DNA from: an uncultured Candidatus Rokubacteria bacterium
GTDB lineage: Bacteria > Methylomirabilota > Methylomirabilia > Rokubacteriales > CSP1-6
Reading direction: 5' to 3'
DNA length: 64,000 bases
Assembly: GCA_963754315.1 (NCBI GenBank)
Contig: CAVWFS010000007.1
Location: 640,001-704,000 of the forward strand
Shown here: piece after piece, positions 1-10,306 of the stretch
Numbering within the stretch: position 1 is the first letter of the stretch
Layout of the letters: every line of letters begins with the position of its first letter
The notes under the pieces: model-generated
Told to the model about the DNA's origin: nothing
Databases searched by the model: none
Seen by the model: only the letters and a program-made list of their open reading frames with translations
Translations under genes and position numbers: made by a program

Positions 1-435
1 CGTCAGGTGCAATGGAGCGTCCGGGTAGTAATCGAGACCGACGTAGAGCTGGCCCGTGATGAGGCTCTGCACCTGCAACTGCGCCCGCAGTCCACGGTCT
101 CGAACCCTCGAACGGATCGTCTCGATGACCCCGTACTTGGTCATCGTACCTCGAGGCCGATCGGCGATGCGCCAGGGGTCGAGCGTCACATAGACGGCGA
201 TCAGGCTGGTGACCGCCCTGAGCTGAATGTGAGTGACCGTGCCCAGTGGCACGCCTCGAAAGGCCACCGGCGCTCCCACAGTGAGGCCCGCCACGCTACC
301 GTCGAACGCCATCACGCAGGTCACGGGACGGGTGAACCACGCTCGCCCCCCGAGGGCGAGGATCCCTATCACGGCAATGGCTAGCGCTCCCAGCACGAAG
401 GCGCCGATCGTGGTCGGATTGACTCGTTTGCTCAT
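1..435 (-). CDS. mlaD: MlaD/MCE-domain lipid ABC transporter subunit (5' part; runs off window edge)
   Basis: Not in the ORF track; read by hand from ATG 435: MSKRVNPTTIGAFVLGALAIAV...FDGSVAGLTVGAPVAFRGVPLGTV...LRAQLQVQSLITGQLYVGLD. N-terminal TM anchor plus MCE motif, directly downstream of mlaE/mlaF. Confidence 0.9.
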   Translation of the reverse strand, partial: MSKRVNPTTIGAFVLGALAIAVIGILALGGRAWFTRPVTCVMAFDGSVAGLTVGAPVAFRGVPLGTVTHIQLRAVTSLIAVYVTLDPWRIADRPRGTMTKYGVIETIRSRVRDRGLRAQLQVQSLITGQLYVGLDYYPDAPLHLT

Positions 436-454
436 TCGAGCTCCCTGCTCTCCT

Positions 455-1243
455 TCATGACGAGACCGTCACCCCCTGGCCGCGGGTAAGAAAGGCCCGG
501 ACGGTGGGATTGGTCGTCTCGGCCAGCAAAGTCTTGGGATTGCCTCGGGCAATCATGGTCCGCGCCTGGGCGTCCAGGAACACCGAATCGTCGGCGATGG
601 CAAAGATGCTGGCCAGCTCGTGGGTCACCACCACCACCGTGCAGGCAAGGCTGTCGCGCAGCTCGAGGATGAGGTCGTCGAGCAGACGCGAGCTGATGGG
701 ATCGAGCCCCGCCGAGGGCTCGTCCAGGAACAGGATGTCGGGATCGAGCGCCATCGCCCGGGCCAGGCCCGCTCGTTTCTGCATCCCGCCGCTGATCTGC
801 GAGGGGTAAAAATCCTCGAACCCGGCCAGGCCGACCAGAGCCAGCTTGAGGGCAGCCACCTCCCGGACCTGGGCGGGGGTCAGCTCGGTGAACTCACCGA
901 GCGGCAGGCCCACGTTCTCGCTCAGGGTCATGGAGCTCCACAAGGCGCCGCTCTGGTACAGCACCCCGAAGCGTCGCGTCAGCCCCGCGCGGGCGACATC
1001 GTCGGCCTGCCAGAGGCTCTGGCCCCCGAAGATCACATCACCTTGCAGAGGCGGCAGCAGGCCGATCATGACGCGCAATACCGAGCTTTTCCCGCAGCCG
1101 CTTCCGCCCATCACCACGAAGATCTTGCCTCGTTCTACCTCGAAGTCGAGGTTACGCTGGACGACGAAGCTGCCGTAGCCGACGTCCACGGCGCGGACCC
1201 CGATGGCGGGCGCCGCCACCGTCGTCTCAGATACCGAGGGCAT
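455..1243 (-). CDS. mlaF: MlaF-type ABC transporter ATP-binding protein
   Basis: Walker A GGSGCGKS, signature ISGGMQKR, Walker B ILFLDEP, VTHEL H-loop; lies between mlaE and mlaD. Confidence 0.9.
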   Translation of the reverse strand: MPSVSETTVAAPAIGVRAVDVGYGSFVVQRNLDFEVERGKIFVVMGGSGCGKSSVLRVMIGLLPPLQGDVIFGGQSLWQADDVARAGLTRRFGVLYQSGALWSSMTLSENVGLPLGEFTELTPAQVREVAALKLALVGLAGFEDFYPSQISGGMQKRAGLARAMALDPDILFLDEPSAGLDPISSRLLDDLILELRDSLACTVVVVTHELASIFAIADDSVFLDAQARTMIARGNPKTLLAETTNPTVRAFLTRGQGVTVSS

Positions 1244-2375
1244 CGAGGACCACCGCGAAGATCCCTTCCACCACGACGATCAGGACGATCGAGGTGACCA
1301 CCGCCGAGGTCGTGGCCAGACCGACAGCGGCGGCGCTGCGACCGCACTGCATGCCGCGCAAGCAGCCGGAGAGGGCAACCAGGATCCCGAACACGGAACC
1401 CTTGACCACTCCCAAGAAGAAATTGGTCAAGGTCAACGCTTCCTGCGTCCGTTCGAGATACTGGACCGCACCGAGATCGAGCATGGTGACCCCGACGAAC
1501 GTGCCGCCGAGGATGGCCATAAGGTCGGCGTACAGGGTGAGCAGCGGCATCATCACGATCAAGGCGAGCATGCGCGGCAGGACGAGGAAATCCATGGGCG
1601 GGATGCCCATGGTGACCAGCGCGTCGATCTCCTCGTTGACCCGCATGGTGCCGAGCTGAGCGGCGAAGGCAGCGCCCGTCCGGCCGGCCATGATGATCGC
1701 GGTCATCAGACAGCCCATCTCGCGTGTGGTGCCGATCGCCACCAGATCGGCCACGTAGATCTGGGCACCAAAGGTGCGAAGCTGGACCGCCCCCATGAAG
1801 GCCAGGATGAGCCCGACCAGGAAGCTGATCAGGGTCACGATGGGCAACGCCTTGGGTCCGCAATCCTCGATCACCGAGAAGAGATCGCCCCACCGGAAGG
1901 TTGCCGTGCCGCGGACGAAACGACCGAGAGCCAGGGTCGCCTCGCCGATGAAACGGACGAAGGCCAGGCCGCCGGAGGCCAGGGCGATCGTGTACTCACC
2001 GACCCGAGCGACCCACGACGGCGGCGCCACGGTGGAGCCCGTTTTCTTCTCGGGCACGGCCAGGGCCAGGGCGATCAGCCGGTTCACGCCGTTCGGCAGC
2101 CCCTCGCGTTCCGCGGCGATCCCCTGCGCCTGACAGTGGCGCAAGATCTTCATGACAAAGGAGACGAGGCCAGTGTCCCAGGTGGCCACGCCTTGAGTGT
2201 CGAACGTGACGCGCTCTACTCCCGGCGTCGCGCCAAGAGCACGCTCGAAGTCGTCGATCGAGGGAAGCCGGTCCTGCAGGCGCCAGTGTCCCGCGAGGGA
2301 CACCTCGAGGGTGCCGGCAGACGGCCTGTTGAACTGAAGTTCCCAGCCGGTACGGGCAGGACTGGACACAGCCAC
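1227..2375 (-). CDS. mlaE: MlaE-type ABC permease with N-terminal STAS-like domain
   Basis: REMGCLMTAIIMAGRTGAAFAAQLGTMRVNEEIDAL and VGLATTSAVV MlaE motifs. Confidence 0.92.
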   Translation of the reverse strand: MAVSSPARTGWELQFNRPSAGTLEVSLAGHWRLQDRLPSIDDFERALGATPGVERVTFDTQGVATWDTGLVSFVMKILRHCQAQGIAAEREGLPNGVNRLIALALAVPEKKTGSTVAPPSWVARVGEYTIALASGGLAFVRFIGEATLALGRFVRGTATFRWGDLFSVIEDCGPKALPIVTLISFLVGLILAFMGAVQLRTFGAQIYVADLVAIGTTREMGCLMTAIIMAGRTGAAFAAQLGTMRVNEEIDALVTMGIPPMDFLVLPRMLALIVMMPLLTLYADLMAILGGTFVGVTMLDLGAVQYLERTQEALTLTNFFLGVVKGSVFGILVALSGCLRGMQCGRSAAAVGLATTSAVVTSIVLIVVVEGIFAVVLDALGI

Positions 2376-2444
2376 AGTCCTACGAATAGCATGATGCCCG
2401 GCCCAGGGTGGCCGTTTTCATTGACCGAAAGCCGCCGGTTCACC

Positions 2445-3790
2445 ATGCGATTCGCCTCTTGCGTCTGCCTGGTGTTTGCACTGATCCATCTGACCTCCGC
2501 CATCGGCGAATCGGCGGCCAGCCCCGAACATCCTTCGTTCGGCCCGCTGCTCTTTTCTGTTGCCGTCTTGGTTCTGGCCGCCAAGGCCGGGGGGTGCTGG
2601 CGGAGCGTCTCGGACAGCCTCCGGTACTCGGTGAGCTGCTGGCTGGGGTCGGGCTCGGCAACCTCGCCCTGGTTCTGCCGGGTGTGCAGATGTTCGCCAA
2701 CGCGCGCTCCGATTACACCCTGGCCTTTCTGTCCGAGGTCGGCGTGCTGATGCTGCTTTTCGACGTCGGTCTCGAGATCAATCTGAAGGCCTTGCTGCGC
2801 GTGGGCCCATCCGCGGTGCTGGTTGCCCTCGTCGGCGTGGCGACGCCCATCACGCTCGGGTGGCTCGCCTCCGCCTGGCTCCAGCCCGATCAGCCCTCTC
2901 TCGTGCATCTCTTCGTCGGCGCCACGTTGTCAGCCACCAGTGTCGGCATCACGGCGCGTGTTCTGAAGGATCTGCAGGTCACCCAGACGCGCGAGAGCCA
3001 GATCGTCCTCGGCGCGGCGATTCTCGACGACGTCCTGGGTCTGATCGTCTTGGCCGTGGTGAGCGGGATGGTCACGGCCAGCGCGACCACCACGGGCGGC
3101 GCCGTGCTCGCATCAGTGGTCGGGATCATCCTGCGGGCCGCCGTCTTCCTCGGCGGGGCCGCCGTTCTCGGCCACTATCTGTCAGGGCCGCTGGTACGGC
3201 TCACGATGCGCACCGGACACCCGGACGAAACCTTGCTCGTGGGCGGGATCGCTCTGTGTTTCACCTTCGCGTTTCTCGCCGAGCGCATTGGCCTCGCCGC
3301 CATCATCGGCGCCTTTGCAGCAGGGGTCCTCATCGATCCTTACGGGCGAGGGGTCCGTACCCAGCGCGAGGCCGCCACCTTACGAGAGCTCCTGCACCCG
3401 CTGTCCAGCATCCTGGTACCGCTATTCTTCGTGCTCATGGGAATGCGGGTCGATCTCGGCACCCTGGCCCAACCATCCGTCCTCGGGTTGGCCGTGGTGC
3501 TCGTGGTGTGCGCCATCGCGAGCAAGCTGGTCTGTGGGCTGGGCGCCCTCGGCCCGAACGTCAACCGGCTCGCCGTGGGCTTCGGCATGTTGCCGCGCGG
3601 TGAGGTGGGCCTCATCTTCGCGGGCATCGGAGCCTCCCTGGAGCTCGATGGTCAGCCGATTCTCTCGCCGAGCCTGTTCTCGGCCATCGTCCTGGTGGTC
3701 CTGGTGACGACCCTGCTCGCGCCGGCCGGCCTGCGGGTCGTGTTCGCACGCCACAGGCCTGTGCCCATTCACGAGAGCACCGGGACATGA
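2445..3790 (+). CDS. Cation:proton antiporter (CPA2/NapA-like), apparent frameshift in G-run 2589-2594
   Basis: GQPPVLGELLAG, ATSVGIT, AAILDDV and GMLPRGEVGLI motifs. The hydrophobic N-terminus (MRFASC...LVLAAKAGG) is in a different frame and joins the body if one G is added to the G6 run. Confidence 0.85.
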
Positions 3791-3818
3791 CCTCGCTCAT
3801 CGAAGAAAAGGAGATCGT

Positions 3819-4718
3819 ATGACAGGCAAGGGTGACGTCGGCTTCATCGGCCTCGGCCGCATGGGAGGGCCGATGGCTCGCAACCTCGCGCAGTCGGGCT
3901 ACTCCGTCCACGTGTTCGACGTGGATCCCGCGGCGACGACCCGTGCCGCAAGCCAGGCTGGAATCATCGTGCAGGCGGCGGCCTGCGAGGTCGCCGCCCG
4001 CGTTCCCGTCCTCTTCACCGCCCTGCCCAACGACGCGATCGTGACCGAGACGTATCTCGGGGACCGCGGCATCCTCGCCGGGGGCAAGGCCGGTCTTGTG
4101 ACCTGCGACTGCTCGACGGTCAGCCCCGAGGTCACGCAGCGCATTCACGCGGAGGCGCAAGGCAAGGGCATTGCGCATCTCGACACCCCCATGCTGGGCT
4201 CCAGTCCCCAGGCGGAGAGCGGCGAGGTGTTCTTCATGGTGGGAGGCAATCTCGACGGTCTGCGCGTGGTTCAGCCCCTGCTCGACGTCATCGGGCGGCT
4301 CACCATGCATGTGGGTGCCTCCGGGATGGGCAACCGTATCAAGCTCCTTCACAACGCCCTGGGCGCCGTCAATGCGGTCGCGGTGGCGGAGTCGCTCGCT
4401 CTCTGCGTCCGGCTTGGCGTGGACCCGCACACCTACTACAACGTCGTCTGTCAAGGTGGAGGACAAGCTTACTCGCGCTACTTCGAGAGCCGAGCCTTAC
4501 GTGTGATCGAGGGAAACTACACGCCTACGTTCACCGTCGACCTCATGCACAAGGACGTCACCCTGGCCGCCCGCATGGCTGGCGCCAGCCTTGCCGACAT
4601 GCCCATCCTTCGCGAGACCTTGACGGCCTACACCGAGGCCAGAGACTCCGGCTGGGGGGCAGAGGATTTCTCGGGCGTCACGCACGTTGTCGAGGCGCGC
4701 TTCCGGCGACGGGCGTAG
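3819..4718 (+). CDS. NAD(P)-dependent oxidoreductase, 3-hydroxyisobutyrate/beta-hydroxyacid dehydrogenase family
   Basis: GFIGLGRMG Rossmann motif, DCSTVSP, catalytic KLLHN, KD motif; AAGGAG RBS. Confidence 0.9.
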   Translation: MTGKGDVGFIGLGRMGGPMARNLAQSGYSVHVFDVDPAATTRAASQAGIIVQAAACEVAARVPVLFTALPNDAIVTETYLGDRGILAGGKAGLVTCDCSTVSPEVTQRIHAEAQGKGIAHLDTPMLGSSPQAESGEVFFMVGGNLDGLRVVQPLLDVIGRLTMHVGASGMGNRIKLLHNALGAVNAVAVAESLALCVRLGVDPHTYYNVVCQGGGQAYSRYFESRALRVIEGNYTPTFTVDLMHKDVTLAARMAGASLADMPILRETLTAYTEARDSGWGAEDFSGVTHVVEARFRRRA

Positions 4719-4773
4719 TTGACCCTGGTGTACACTACGCGAGGCCAGACGTCCTGCTCGGCCCCCTGCGACG

Positions 4774-5514
4774 ATGCCGACATCACGCGACCTCGAGCCC
4801 CCCGCCCCCGCCCGGGTTCTGAGTGTTCACGCTCACCCGGACGACCAAGAGTTCACCGTGAGCGGCACCCTGGCCAAGTGGGCGCGCGCGGGAAGCACGA
4901 TCATCACCGTCTGCATCACGAGTGGTGGGGCAGGCTCGAATGAGTTCACCCCGGCCGAGATCACCCGCGAAACCCTCGTCCCCATCCGCGAGCAAGAACA
5001 GCGTAACGCCTGCCGGGTCCTCGGCATCGAGGAGGTCGTGTTCTTGCCCTACGAGGACGGGGTCCTGGAACCGTCGATCGCCTTGCGGCGGGACCTGACC
5101 CGTGTCATTCGCCGTTATCGACCCGACGCGGTCATCTGCGGTGACCCCACCATGCGCTACTACGGCAACAGCTACTTGAACCATCCGGACCACCGGGTGG
5201 CGGCCGACGTCACCCTCGACGCCGTCTACCCATCGGCCGGCACGCGACTGATCTTTCCGGAACTGCTCGCCGAGGGGCTCCTGCCGCACCACGTGAAGCG
5301 GGTGTTCATCCACGGCGTCCGTCGTGCCGATACCTTCGTGGACATCTCGGACGTGCTCCCGCTGAAACTGGCCGCCCTCAAGGAGCATAAGAGCCAGCTC
5401 GGGACCTGGGACCCCACGGAGATGGTTACCGACTGGGCCCGCGAACAGGGGGCACGGCGCGGGCTGGCCGCCGCCGAGGCGTTTCGGCAGATGCGGCTGA
5501 ACGACGACGCGTAG
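4774..5514 (+). CDS. PIG-L/LmbE family deacetylase
   Basis: AHPDD and HPDH metal-binding motifs; K..AL..HKSQ C-terminal motif. Confidence 0.9.
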   Translation: MPTSRDLEPPAPARVLSVHAHPDDQEFTVSGTLAKWARAGSTIITVCITSGGAGSNEFTPAEITRETLVPIREQEQRNACRVLGIEEVVFLPYEDGVLEPSIALRRDLTRVIRRYRPDAVICGDPTMRYYGNSYLNHPDHRVAADVTLDAVYPSAGTRLIFPELLAEGLLPHHVKRVFIHGVRRADTFVDISDVLPLKLAALKEHKSQLGTWDPTEMVTDWAREQGARRGLAAAEAFRQMRLNDDA

Positions 5515-5536
5515 CAGTCGCCGATCGCACTGACTC

Positions 5537-6277
5537 ATGAGTGTCACCGTGCGCTTCGTCGGCTCGGGCGATTCCTTCGGGAGCGGAGGCCGCTTTCAGA
5601 CGTGCATCCTCGTCGACGCTCCCGGACGCCGGTTCGCCATCGACTTTGGCGCCTCGTCCCTGATCGCCCTGCACCAGCAAGGTATCGAGCCGAACAGCAT
5701 CGACGCCGTGCTTCTCACCCACCTGCACGCTGATCACTGTGGTGGTGTCCCCTTCCTGCTCATGGACGCCATGCTGAGTGCGAAGCGGACGCGGCCGCTC
5801 GTCATCGCCGGTCCCCCAGACACGCGACGGCGGATGGCCGAGATCGCCGAGGCCCTCTTTCCGGGTAGCCACGTGATGCAGCCTCGCTTCTCCCTCGAAT
5901 ATGTCGAGCTCGCGGTTGGACAGCCGAACCGGATCCTCGATCTTGTCGTGACCCCGGAAGCAGCCCTTCATACCGCCGAGACCCATCCCCTCGCCCTGCG
6001 GGTGGAGACGGCCGGCAAGATCATCTCCTATACGGGGGACGGGGAATGGACGGAGGCGCTCGCGCGCATCGGGCGAGACGCCGATCTGCTCATCGCGGAG
6101 TGCTACTTCTATGACAAGCCCGTCAAGTGGCATCTGAACTATCCGGAGCTCGTGCGCCATTTCGACGACTTCCATGCTCGGCGCGTGATTCTCACCCACA
6201 TGAGCCGCGAGATGCTGGCCCATGTCGACCTCATCCCCCAGGAGTGTGCCCACGACGGTCTCGTCGTCGAAGTCTGA
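5537..6277 (+). CDS. MBL-fold metallo-hydrolase (RNase Z/BN-like family)
   Basis: GSGDSFGSGGR N-terminus, THLHADH motif, YTGD, LIAEC, ILTH. Confidence 0.88.
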   Translation: MSVTVRFVGSGDSFGSGGRFQTCILVDAPGRRFAIDFGASSLIALHQQGIEPNSIDAVLLTHLHADHCGGVPFLLMDAMLSAKRTRPLVIAGPPDTRRRMAEIAEALFPGSHVMQPRFSLEYVELAVGQPNRILDLVVTPEAALHTAETHPLALRVETAGKIISYTGDGEWTEALARIGRDADLLIAECYFYDKPVKWHLNYPELVRHFDDFHARRVILTHMSREMLAHVDLIPQECAHDGLVVEV

Positions 6278-6296
6278 CGAACGAAAGCCGCCCACA

Positions 6297-6325
6297 TCGA
6301 CAAGCGCCGGTGGCGCTCCTACAAT
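6297..6325 (+). promoter_or_regulatory. Putative sigma70 promoter for hydantoinase operon 1
   Basis: TCGACA-17 nt-TACAAT, followed by a GAGGAGG RBS and GTG 6348. Confidence 0.55.
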
Positions 6326-6347
6326 CGGAGAGCCAGAGGAGGCACGG

Positions 6348-8393
6348 GTGCAGATCGGGGTAGACATCGGCGGCACGTTCACGGACATCGTCGCTCTCGG
6401 GGTCGACGGCCGCCTTGTCCTGACCAAGGTTCCCAGCACACCCAAGGATCTTCTCGAAGGGACGGCCCACGCCGTTCGCCGGGTTCTGGCCTTGGCGGAA
6501 GCCACGCCGGCGAACGTGACGCGCTTCGTTCACGGGACCACCGTGGCCACCAACGCCGTCCTGGAACACAAGGGCGCGGTCACTGCCGTCCTCGCCACCG
6601 AGGGATTCGAGGACATTCTCGAGCTGGGGCGCCAGAAACGCTCACGCATGTACGACCTCGACATGGACCCTGAAACGCCGACGTTCCTGGCTCCCCGCCG
6701 ACGGCGTGTCGGAATTCGCGAGCGCCTTGATGCTCGTGGCCGGGTCCTGGTCCCCCTTGATGAGGCACAGGTGCGGGGAGAGGTGGCCCGGTTACGCGCG
6801 GCAGGCGTGCAGGCTCTTGCCGTGTGCTATCTCTTTTCGTTCGTGAATCCTGCTCACGAGCAACGCACCCGCGAGATCTGTCGTGAGGTCGCTCCCGAGA
6901 TCAGCGTCTCCCTGTCGTCGGAGGTCGACCCCACCTTCCGCGAGTACGAGCGGCTATGCGTGACCGCCTTCGATGCCTACCTCGGGCCCGTCGTGAAACG
7001 CTACCTGGCCGGACTCGCCGAGGCTCTGAGCGCGCTCGGGGTGGCAGCTGTACCCCAGATCATGCGCTCCCGAGGCGGCATCGTGTCGGCTGCCCTTGCC
7101 GCACAGCAGCCCGTGACTCTCTTCCTCTCGGGCCCGGCGGGGGGTGTGATCGGCGCGTGCTTTGCCGCCGAGCGGTCGGGTTTGCGCGACTTCGTCTCCC
7201 TCGACATGGGGGGCACCAGCAATGACGTCGCCGTCGTCCACGCGGGCGAGCCGCTTGTCGCCAATGAGGGGCATATCGCCACCTTCCCCGTTCGCACGCC
7301 GATGGTCGACGTGAACACCATCGGCGCCGGCGGCGGCAGCATCGCGTGGGTCGACGGCGCCGGCGGTCTGCGCGTGGGACCGCTGAGCGCCGGCGCCGAA
7401 CCCGGTCCCGCCTGCTACGCGCGGGGTGGAGAGCAGGCGACGGTGACGGATGCCAGCCTGCTCCTGGGCTACTTGAACCCCGAGACGTTCGCCGGAGGCC
7501 TGCTCAAGCTGGAGTGGGCGGCCGCGGAAGCGGTGATCGCCGCCCTCGCCGCGCGGCTAGGCCTCGACGTCGTCACGACGGCTGCTGGCATCCATCGCGT
7601 GGTCAACGCGCGTATGGCCGACCAGATCCGGCTCATGACCATCAAGCGTGGCTACGACCCTCGTGGGTTCGCGCTGGTCGTGCTTGGCGGAGCGGGGCCG
7701 GTTCACGGTGTGGCGCTCGCCGAGGAACTCGGTATATCGGAGGTGCTCGTGCCAGAAGCCCCCGGGGTGCTGGCCGCGTTCGGTCTCCTGGCCGCGGCTG
7801 TCGAGCATCATCATGCCCGCACGCTGCAGAGCCCGGTCGACTCGGTGGACCTGGCCGCCGTGAACGCATGCTTAGCCGCCCTCGACCAGGCCGGATGCGC
7901 GCGCATGCGAGAAGAGGGTGTGCCTCTCGAGGCTGTCCGCGTCACCCACGCGGCGGACATGCGCTACGTCGGCCAGGCCTACGAGCTGGAGGTTCCGGTT
8001 CCGGCGCCGCTCGTGGCGGAACACGTACTCGCCGCGCAGGCCGACTTTCACACCGCCCACGAGCGCGTGTACGGCTACGCGCGCGCCGGACAACCAGTGG
8101 AGTTTGTCAACTTCCGCGCGACCCATTCGTATCCACTGCCGCGACCGCGCCTCCTCGAGCTGGGGGGAACCCACCGCGCTCTGTCCACGGCACAGCTGGG
8201 CGAGCGGCGCGCCTACTTCGCTCCGGCCGGCTTCATACCGACGCCCATCTTCGATCGGTCTCGCCTTCCCCTGGACACGCGGCTCGAGGGTCCGGCCATC
8301 GTCGAACAGCCCGATACGACCACCGTCATCCCGCCCGGCTACGCGGCCATCGTCGAGCGGTCGGGGAACCTGCGCATTCGGAGACTGTCATGA
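6348..8393 (+). CDS. Hydantoinase/oxoprolinase family, subunit A (ATP-binding)
   Basis: GVDIGGTFTD, HGTTVATN, SGPAGG, DMGGTS, GAGGGSIA, AGAEPGPACY motifs; GTG start after GAGGAGG. Confidence 0.93.
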   Translation: MQIGVDIGGTFTDIVALGVDGRLVLTKVPSTPKDLLEGTAHAVRRVLALAEATPANVTRFVHGTTVATNAVLEHKGAVTAVLATEGFEDILELGRQKRSRMYDLDMDPETPTFLAPRRRRVGIRERLDARGRVLVPLDEAQVRGEVARLRAAGVQALAVCYLFSFVNPAHEQRTREICREVAPEISVSLSSEVDPTFREYERLCVTAFDAYLGPVVKRYLAGLAEALSALGVAAVPQIMRSRGGIVSAALAAQQPVTLFLSGPAGGVIGACFAAERSGLRDFVSLDMGGTSNDVAVVHAGEPLVANEGHIATFPVRTPMVDVNTIGAGGGSIAWVDGAGGLRVGPLSAGAEPGPACYARGGEQATVTDASLLLGYLNPETFAGGLLKLEWAAAEAVIAALAARLGLDVVTTAAGIHRVVNARMADQIRLMTIKRGYDPRGFALVVLGGAGPVHGVALAEELGISEVLVPEAPGVLAAFGLLAAAVEHHHARTLQSPVDSVDLAAVNACLAALDQAGCARMREEGVPLEAVRVTHAADMRYVGQAYELEVPVPAPLVAEHVLAAQADFHTAHERVYGYARAGQPVEFVNFRATHSYPLPRPRLLELGGTHRALSTAQLGERRAYFAPAGFIPTPIFDRSRLPLDTRLEGPAIVEQPDTTTVIPPGYAAIVERSGNLRIRRLS

Positions 8394-10183
8394 GCCGCGC
8401 CCCCATCGATCCGGTCCTCTTAGAGGTTCTCCGCAATCGCCTGGACGCGATTGCTGACGAGATGGAGCTGACCCTGCTCAAGAGCGCGGCCTCCCCCATC
8501 GTCAAGGAAGGCCTCGACGCGTCGGCTGCCCTCTTCAACGTGCAGGGAGAGACAATCGCCCAGGCGGCGGCCATCCCGATCCACCTGGGCGCCTTACAAT
8601 TCGCGGCGCGCCGTCTGGTGCACGCCTTCCCTCCCTCGAGCATGCAGGAGGGCGATGCCTTCCTTCTCAACGACCCCTATGACGGTGGCACGCATCTGCC
8701 GGACATCACCCTCGCCGTACCGGTCTTCGCCGACGGGTCTCCCCTTGCCCTCGCCTGCACCATGTGTCACCACCAGGACGTGGGCGGCCGCACGCCGGGC
8801 AGCGTACCCACCGACGCTACCGAGCTCTATCAGGAGGGCCTGATCATTCCTCCCACCCAGATGTTCCGGGCAGGCGTGCTCGACGAGAACCTCTTGCGGC
8901 TCCTGCGGCGCAACGTGCGCCTGCCGGACACCTTCACGGGAGACCTCATGGCCCAGGTGGCGGCCGGTCGGCTCGGGGGCGTGCGGTTGCGCGAGCTGGT
9001 CGCCCGACACAGCGTGCCCACGGTGCTCGCCTACATCGAGGAGTTGCTGACGCGGGCCGAGATCTTGACGCGTCGGGAAATCGAGGCGATCCCCGACGGG
9101 ACATACACGTTCGCCGATACGCTCGACGACGACGGGGTCGACCTCGATCGTCCTGTCCGAATCCAGGTGGCTGTGCACGTTCGAGGCTCGTCGATGACCT
9201 TCGACTTCACGGGAACCAGCCCCCAGGTGCGGGGTCCCTTCAACTCGGTACCCGCCTCGACGTTGTCCGCCGTCTACTATGCCGTGCGGGCCATCTCCGA
9301 TCCGTCCATTCCCAACAACGGTGGCTGCTTCCGCGCCGTGGAGGCCGTGCTGCCACCTGGCAGTCTCGTCAATCCGCGCCCGCCCGCTCCGGTGAGCTGC
9401 CGTACAGCCACCATCAAGCGCCTGGCCGACACCATCCTCGGCGCCCTCGTCAAGGCCTTGCCCGATCGGATGCCGGCCGCGAATTCCGGGACCTTGCTCG
9501 TGATGGCATTCGGGGGAACCGATCCCGAGACGCTCCAGCCCTTCGTGGCAAGCGAGCTGGCCGCCGGGGGTATGGGTGCCCGGCCCCGCAAGGACGGCAT
9601 CGACGCCATCGAGACGGACGTCTCCAACTGTATGAACATCCCGGTGGAGTCCATCGAGATGAACTTCCCGTTGCGCATCGGGCGCGCGCGGCTTCACCGG
9701 GATTCGGGCGGCGCTGGCCAATTCCGCGGAGGGCTTGGGCTGGAGAAGGTCTTCGTCGCGACGACCACCGACGTCACGGTATCGCACCGGGGTGAGCGCT
9801 TCGCCTCCTCACCGTGGGGACTGCACGGGGGGCATCCCGCCCCGCGGGCACGCGCGTTCATCATCCGGCGAGACGGCCGGCAGGAGGAGCTGTCGTCCAA
9901 GATGATGCTGACCCTCCACCCCGGAGACGAGCTCTGGGAGTACATCGCGGGGGGAGCCGGCTACGGTGATCCCCTGGAACGCGACCCCGATCTGGTCCTG
10001 GCCGACGTCCTCGACGGGAAGATTTCGACCGAGTCAGCCCGGGCTGCCTACGGGGTCGTCCTCGCGCCTGGCGCCTCGGGTGTCGATCACGATGCGACGA
10101 AGTCGGCCCGCGAAGCGAGCCGGCGCGCGCGCGGCCCCATCGATTGGATCTTCGACCGGGGTGAGGCTCGCGAATCTGACTGA
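8390..10183 (+). CDS. Hydantoinase B/oxoprolinase family subunit
   Basis: NDPYDGGTHLPD, HHQDVGG, GGMGARPRKDG, DSGGAGQFRGG, GGAGYGDPLERDP; ATGA overlap with subunit A. Confidence 0.93.
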   Translation: MSRAPIDPVLLEVLRNRLDAIADEMELTLLKSAASPIVKEGLDASAALFNVQGETIAQAAAIPIHLGALQFAARRLVHAFPPSSMQEGDAFLLNDPYDGGTHLPDITLAVPVFADGSPLALACTMCHHQDVGGRTPGSVPTDATELYQEGLIIPPTQMFRAGVLDENLLRLLRRNVRLPDTFTGDLMAQVAAGRLGGVRLRELVARHSVPTVLAYIEELLTRAEILTRREIEAIPDGTYTFADTLDDDGVDLDRPVRIQVAVHVRGSSMTFDFTGTSPQVRGPFNSVPASTLSAVYYAVRAISDPSIPNNGGCFRAVEAVLPPGSLVNPRPPAPVSCRTATIKRLADTILGALVKALPDRMPAANSGTLLVMAFGGTDPETLQPFVASELAAGGMGARPRKDGIDAIETDVSNCMNIPVESIEMNFPLRIGRARLHRDSGGAGQFRGGLGLEKVFVATTTDVTVSHRGERFASSPWGLHGGHPAPRARAFIIRRDGRQEELSSKMMLTLHPGDELWEYIAGGAGYGDPLERDPDLVLADVLDGKISTESARAAYGVVLAPGASGVDHDATKSAREASRRARGPIDWIFDRGEARESD

Positions 10184-10306
10184 TACTCAACGCGCCGGCA
10201 AGGGGAATCTGCTTGGCACGGGGCGCGTTTCCATGCAAGCTATGCAGACATTCCTGGACCCTCCGTCCAGGTCAACGTGGCCCCACCACGACAAGGAGGC
10301 TCATCG

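Noticed and set aside
7346..8389. Long N-terminal extension of the 945-aa ORF
   Set aside because: Alternative frame overlapping hydantoinase A; homology starts at ATG 8390.
10213..10232. Sigma54 promoter at TTGGCACG upstream of the SBP
   Set aside because: No GC at GG-N10 spacing (it reads GT).
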